A stretch of 64,000 nucleotides of DNA from an uncultured Pseudomonadota bacterium (GTDB lineage: Bacteria; Myxococcota_A; Polyangia; Fen-1088), in the NCBI GenBank assembly GCA_963847705.1, contig CAWKBC010000027.1, positions 288,001 to 352,000 of the forward strand, read 5' to 3'. Every line of letters starts with the position of its first letter. Within the stretch, counting starts at the first letter, position 1. The translations under genes and the position numbers were made by a program. The notes below the pieces were generated by a model that searched no databases, was not told the origin of the DNA, and worked only from the letters and a program-made list of their open reading frames with translations. This document shows positions 61,913 to 64,000 of this stretch, piece after piece.

Positions 61913-62464
61913 GTGAGTCATTTGCGCCTCGTTCCCCGAGCGGCTCCACAGATCACGCTCGACGACGCCTGCCTGGGCGCATTCCAGCAGGAGCTCGCCT
62001 ACGTCCATCGTTCGTTCCGGCGACTCGGGACCGCGCCCTCCGAGGTCGAGGATCTGGCGCAGGATCTGTTCCTGGCTCTTCGTCGATCCTGGAGCGAGTA
62101 CGACCCCAACCGGCCGCTGCGACCTTACCTGTTCGGGTTCGCCTTCCGGATCGCGGCGGCCCACCATCGAAAACGGAACCGCGAGGTGGCGTTCGGTATC
62201 GTCGAAATGGACGACGGGGGGCCGGGACCCGAGGAGACGCTGGAGACGAAGCAGGCCCGCGCGCTGGTGCTGGCGGCGCTCGATCGGATTCCGTTGCCGA
62301 GGCGCGCCGTCCTGGTCATGCACGAGCTCGACGACGTCCCGGTCTCCGAGGTGGCGGCGGTGCTCCAGATCCCGCTCTTCACCGTCTACTCGCGGTTGCG
62401 CAAGGCGCGCCGGGAGCTCCAGGCGGGGATGCGCCGCCTTCGGAGGGGAGCAGGCGGCGCGTGA
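61913..62464 (+). CDS. ECF sigma-70 factor (copy 1)
   Basis: EVEDLAQDLFL, RPYLFGFA, RAVLVMHEL, TVYSRLRKARR. Confidence 0.9.
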   Translation: MSHLRLVPRAAPQITLDDACLGAFQQELAYVHRSFRRLGTAPSEVEDLAQDLFLALRRSWSEYDPNRPLRPYLFGFAFRIAAAHHRKRNREVAFGIVEMDDGGPGPEETLETKQARALVLAALDRIPLPRRAVLVMHELDDVPVSEVAAVLQIPLFTVYSRLRKARRELQAGMRRLRRGAGGA

Positions 62465-63123
62465 TCTGGTCGTCTGCCAAGCTCTCGCCGGACGTACGCT
62501 CGCTGCTGGATCGCGAGCGACCGATTGCGGTCCTGCCCGCCGCCGCCCGGGCCCGGGCGCTCTCTCGCGCGCGCGCTGCGCTGGCCGCGGGGGTGGCCAC
62601 GCGGTCGAGCCCGCCGAGGGCGCCTGCGGCCTTTCGATGGGCGGCGGCGGCGGGGCTGGCCTGCATGGCGACGGTGGCGGCAGGAGCGGCCGCCTACAGG
62701 CTGGGCGTCCGCGCCCGGCCGCCGGCGCTGGCTGCCGCTGCCTCATCGCCCGCGCAATTCCCCGCGCCTCACTGGACCGCCGGAGATGAGCCGTTCCTCG
62801 ACCTGCTCGCCGCCCCCGTGCCCGCGCCGCCGCCGCCGCGCTCGGTCGCGGGCGCCATCCGGGTGGAGCTGCGTCTCCTCGAGCAGGCGCGAATGGCCGT
62901 GGCCCAGGAGGACTTCGTGCGGGCGATCGACCTGCTGGCTGAGCACGCCCGTCGCTTCAGGACGGGGCGTCTGGTGGAAGAAAGGGAGGCGCTGCGCATC
63001 AGGTCGCTGGCCGCGCTGGGCCGCCGCGGCGAGGCGCGTCGGGCGGCCGCCCAGTTCGAAGCGAGCTTCCCGCGCAGCCCGCTTCTGACGGCGATCAGCC
63101 AGATGCTCGATCCGGAGCCCTGA
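62461..63123 (+). CDS. Putative membrane anti-sigma factor with C-terminal TPR-like helices (copy 1)
   Basis: Coupled to the sigma stop; TM segment; ELRLLEQAR..EHARRF..GRLVEEREAL..FPRSPL. Confidence 0.7.
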   Translation: MIWSSAKLSPDVRSLLDRERPIAVLPAAARARALSRARAALAAGVATRSSPPRAPAAFRWAAAAGLACMATVAAGAAAYRLGVRARPPALAAAASSPAQFPAPHWTAGDEPFLDLLAAPVPAPPPPRSVAGAIRVELRLLEQARMAVAQEDFVRAIDLLAEHARRFRTGRLVEEREALRIRSLAALGRRGEARRAAAQFEASFPRSPLLTAISQMLDPEP

Positions 63124-63220
63124 GGCACGCGCCGGCGACGACTCCCCGCGTCGGTGGGGCGGGGGCTCGTTTCCGGCCTGCGGCTTTTCTGAGAAGACCT
63201 TTCATGCGCGACCACTTAGT

Positions 63221-63781
63221 ATGAGGGAGCAGTTCGTGAGTCATCTACGCCTACTGTCGTCGCCCCCCCCTCAGGTGACCGCCGATGAGGCCTGCCTTGA
63301 GGCCTTTCTACGGGAGCTCGACTACGTTCACCGGACGCTGAGGCGCCTCGGCACCTCTCCGTCGGAGACCGAAGATCTGGCGCAAGAGGTGTTCCTCGTT
63401 CTGCGCAAATGTTGGACCGCCTACGATCCGGGGCGGCCGTTGCGCCCGTACCTGTTCGGGATCGCCTTTCGGATCGCGGCGGCGCATCACCGCAAGCGCC
63501 ACCGCGAGGTGACGTTCGAGGTCGTCGAGGTCAGCGACACGGGCCCCGGGCCAGACGACGCGCTTCAGACCAAGCAGGCGCGCGCGCTCGTTCTGGCGGC
63601 GCTCGAGCACATCCCCCTGCCGCGGCGGGCGGTGTTGCTGATGCACGATCTCGACGATGTCCCCGTCGAGGAGGTCGCCTCGGCGCTGGGAATCCCGCGG
63701 TTCACCGTCTACTCGCGCTTGCGCAAGGCCCGGCGCGAGCTGGAGACCGCCGTGCGGCGACTGACAAAGGCGAGGATTTGA
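63221..63781 (+). CDS. ECF sigma-70 factor (copy 2, paralog; may start at GTG 63236)
   Basis: Closely similar to copy 1: VSHLRL, EDLAQEVFL, RPLRPYLFG, TVYSRLRKARR. Confidence 0.9.
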   Translation: MREQFVSHLRLLSSPPPQVTADEACLEAFLRELDYVHRTLRRLGTSPSETEDLAQEVFLVLRKCWTAYDPGRPLRPYLFGIAFRIAAAHHRKRHREVTFEVVEVSDTGPGPDDALQTKQARALVLAALEHIPLPRRAVLLMHDLDDVPVEEVASALGIPRFTVYSRLRKARRELETAVRRLTKARI

Positions 63782-64000
63782 TGACCATGCGCTCCCCGGT
63801 GTCGCCCGAAGTTCGCGCGCTGCTCGACCAAGAGCGCGTCCTGCCGCCTGTCTCGGCGTCGCAGCGTGCCCGCGCGACGGCCCGAGCGCGGGCCGCCCTC
63901 GCAGCCCCCCTGGTCGCAACGGCCGCCCCGTTCAGCGCGGCCTCGCGGCCCCGCTGGGTCGCGGCCGCGGCGGCGGGCCTGATCATCAGCGCGGCGGTCG
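63781..64000 (+). CDS. Putative anti-sigma factor (copy 2), truncated by window edge
   Basis: MTMRSPVSPEVRALLDQERVLPP..RARAAL..RWVAAAAAGL parallels copy 1. Confidence 0.7.
   Translation, partial: MTMRSPVSPEVRALLDQERVLPPVSASQRARATARARAALAAPLVATAAPFSAASRPRWVAAAAAGLIISAAV

Overview
High-GC bacterial chromosomal window. Gene content (three Ser/Thr kinases, PEGA/TPR and Cys-rich lipoproteins, Gly/Thr-tethered CAZymes, tandem ECF sigma factors) points to Myxococcota; this is inference, not a database result. From left to right it holds: a gamma-glutamylation amine-catabolism operon; class Ia nrdAB behind a cobalamin riboswitch and two NrdR boxes; a degenerate 5'-nucleotidase fused to a probable beta-barrel; a candidate Cys/His amidase effector plus immunity pair; redox and detox genes with LysR, MarR and ECF41 regulators; GH8, GH45, GH11 and CBM-like lipoproteins; an orphan TPR-MinC_C hybrid; a kinase-PEGA-Cys-repeat module; a (SSINGL)x8 ricin-lectin lipoprotein behind a c-di-GMP-I riboswitch; and tandem ECF/anti-sigma pairs. 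Several gene remnants are present. Four otherwise intact genes each carry a +1 frameshift in or next to GATC. No tRNA, rRNA, CRISPR array or transposase was seen. All family calls come from motif recognition by eye.
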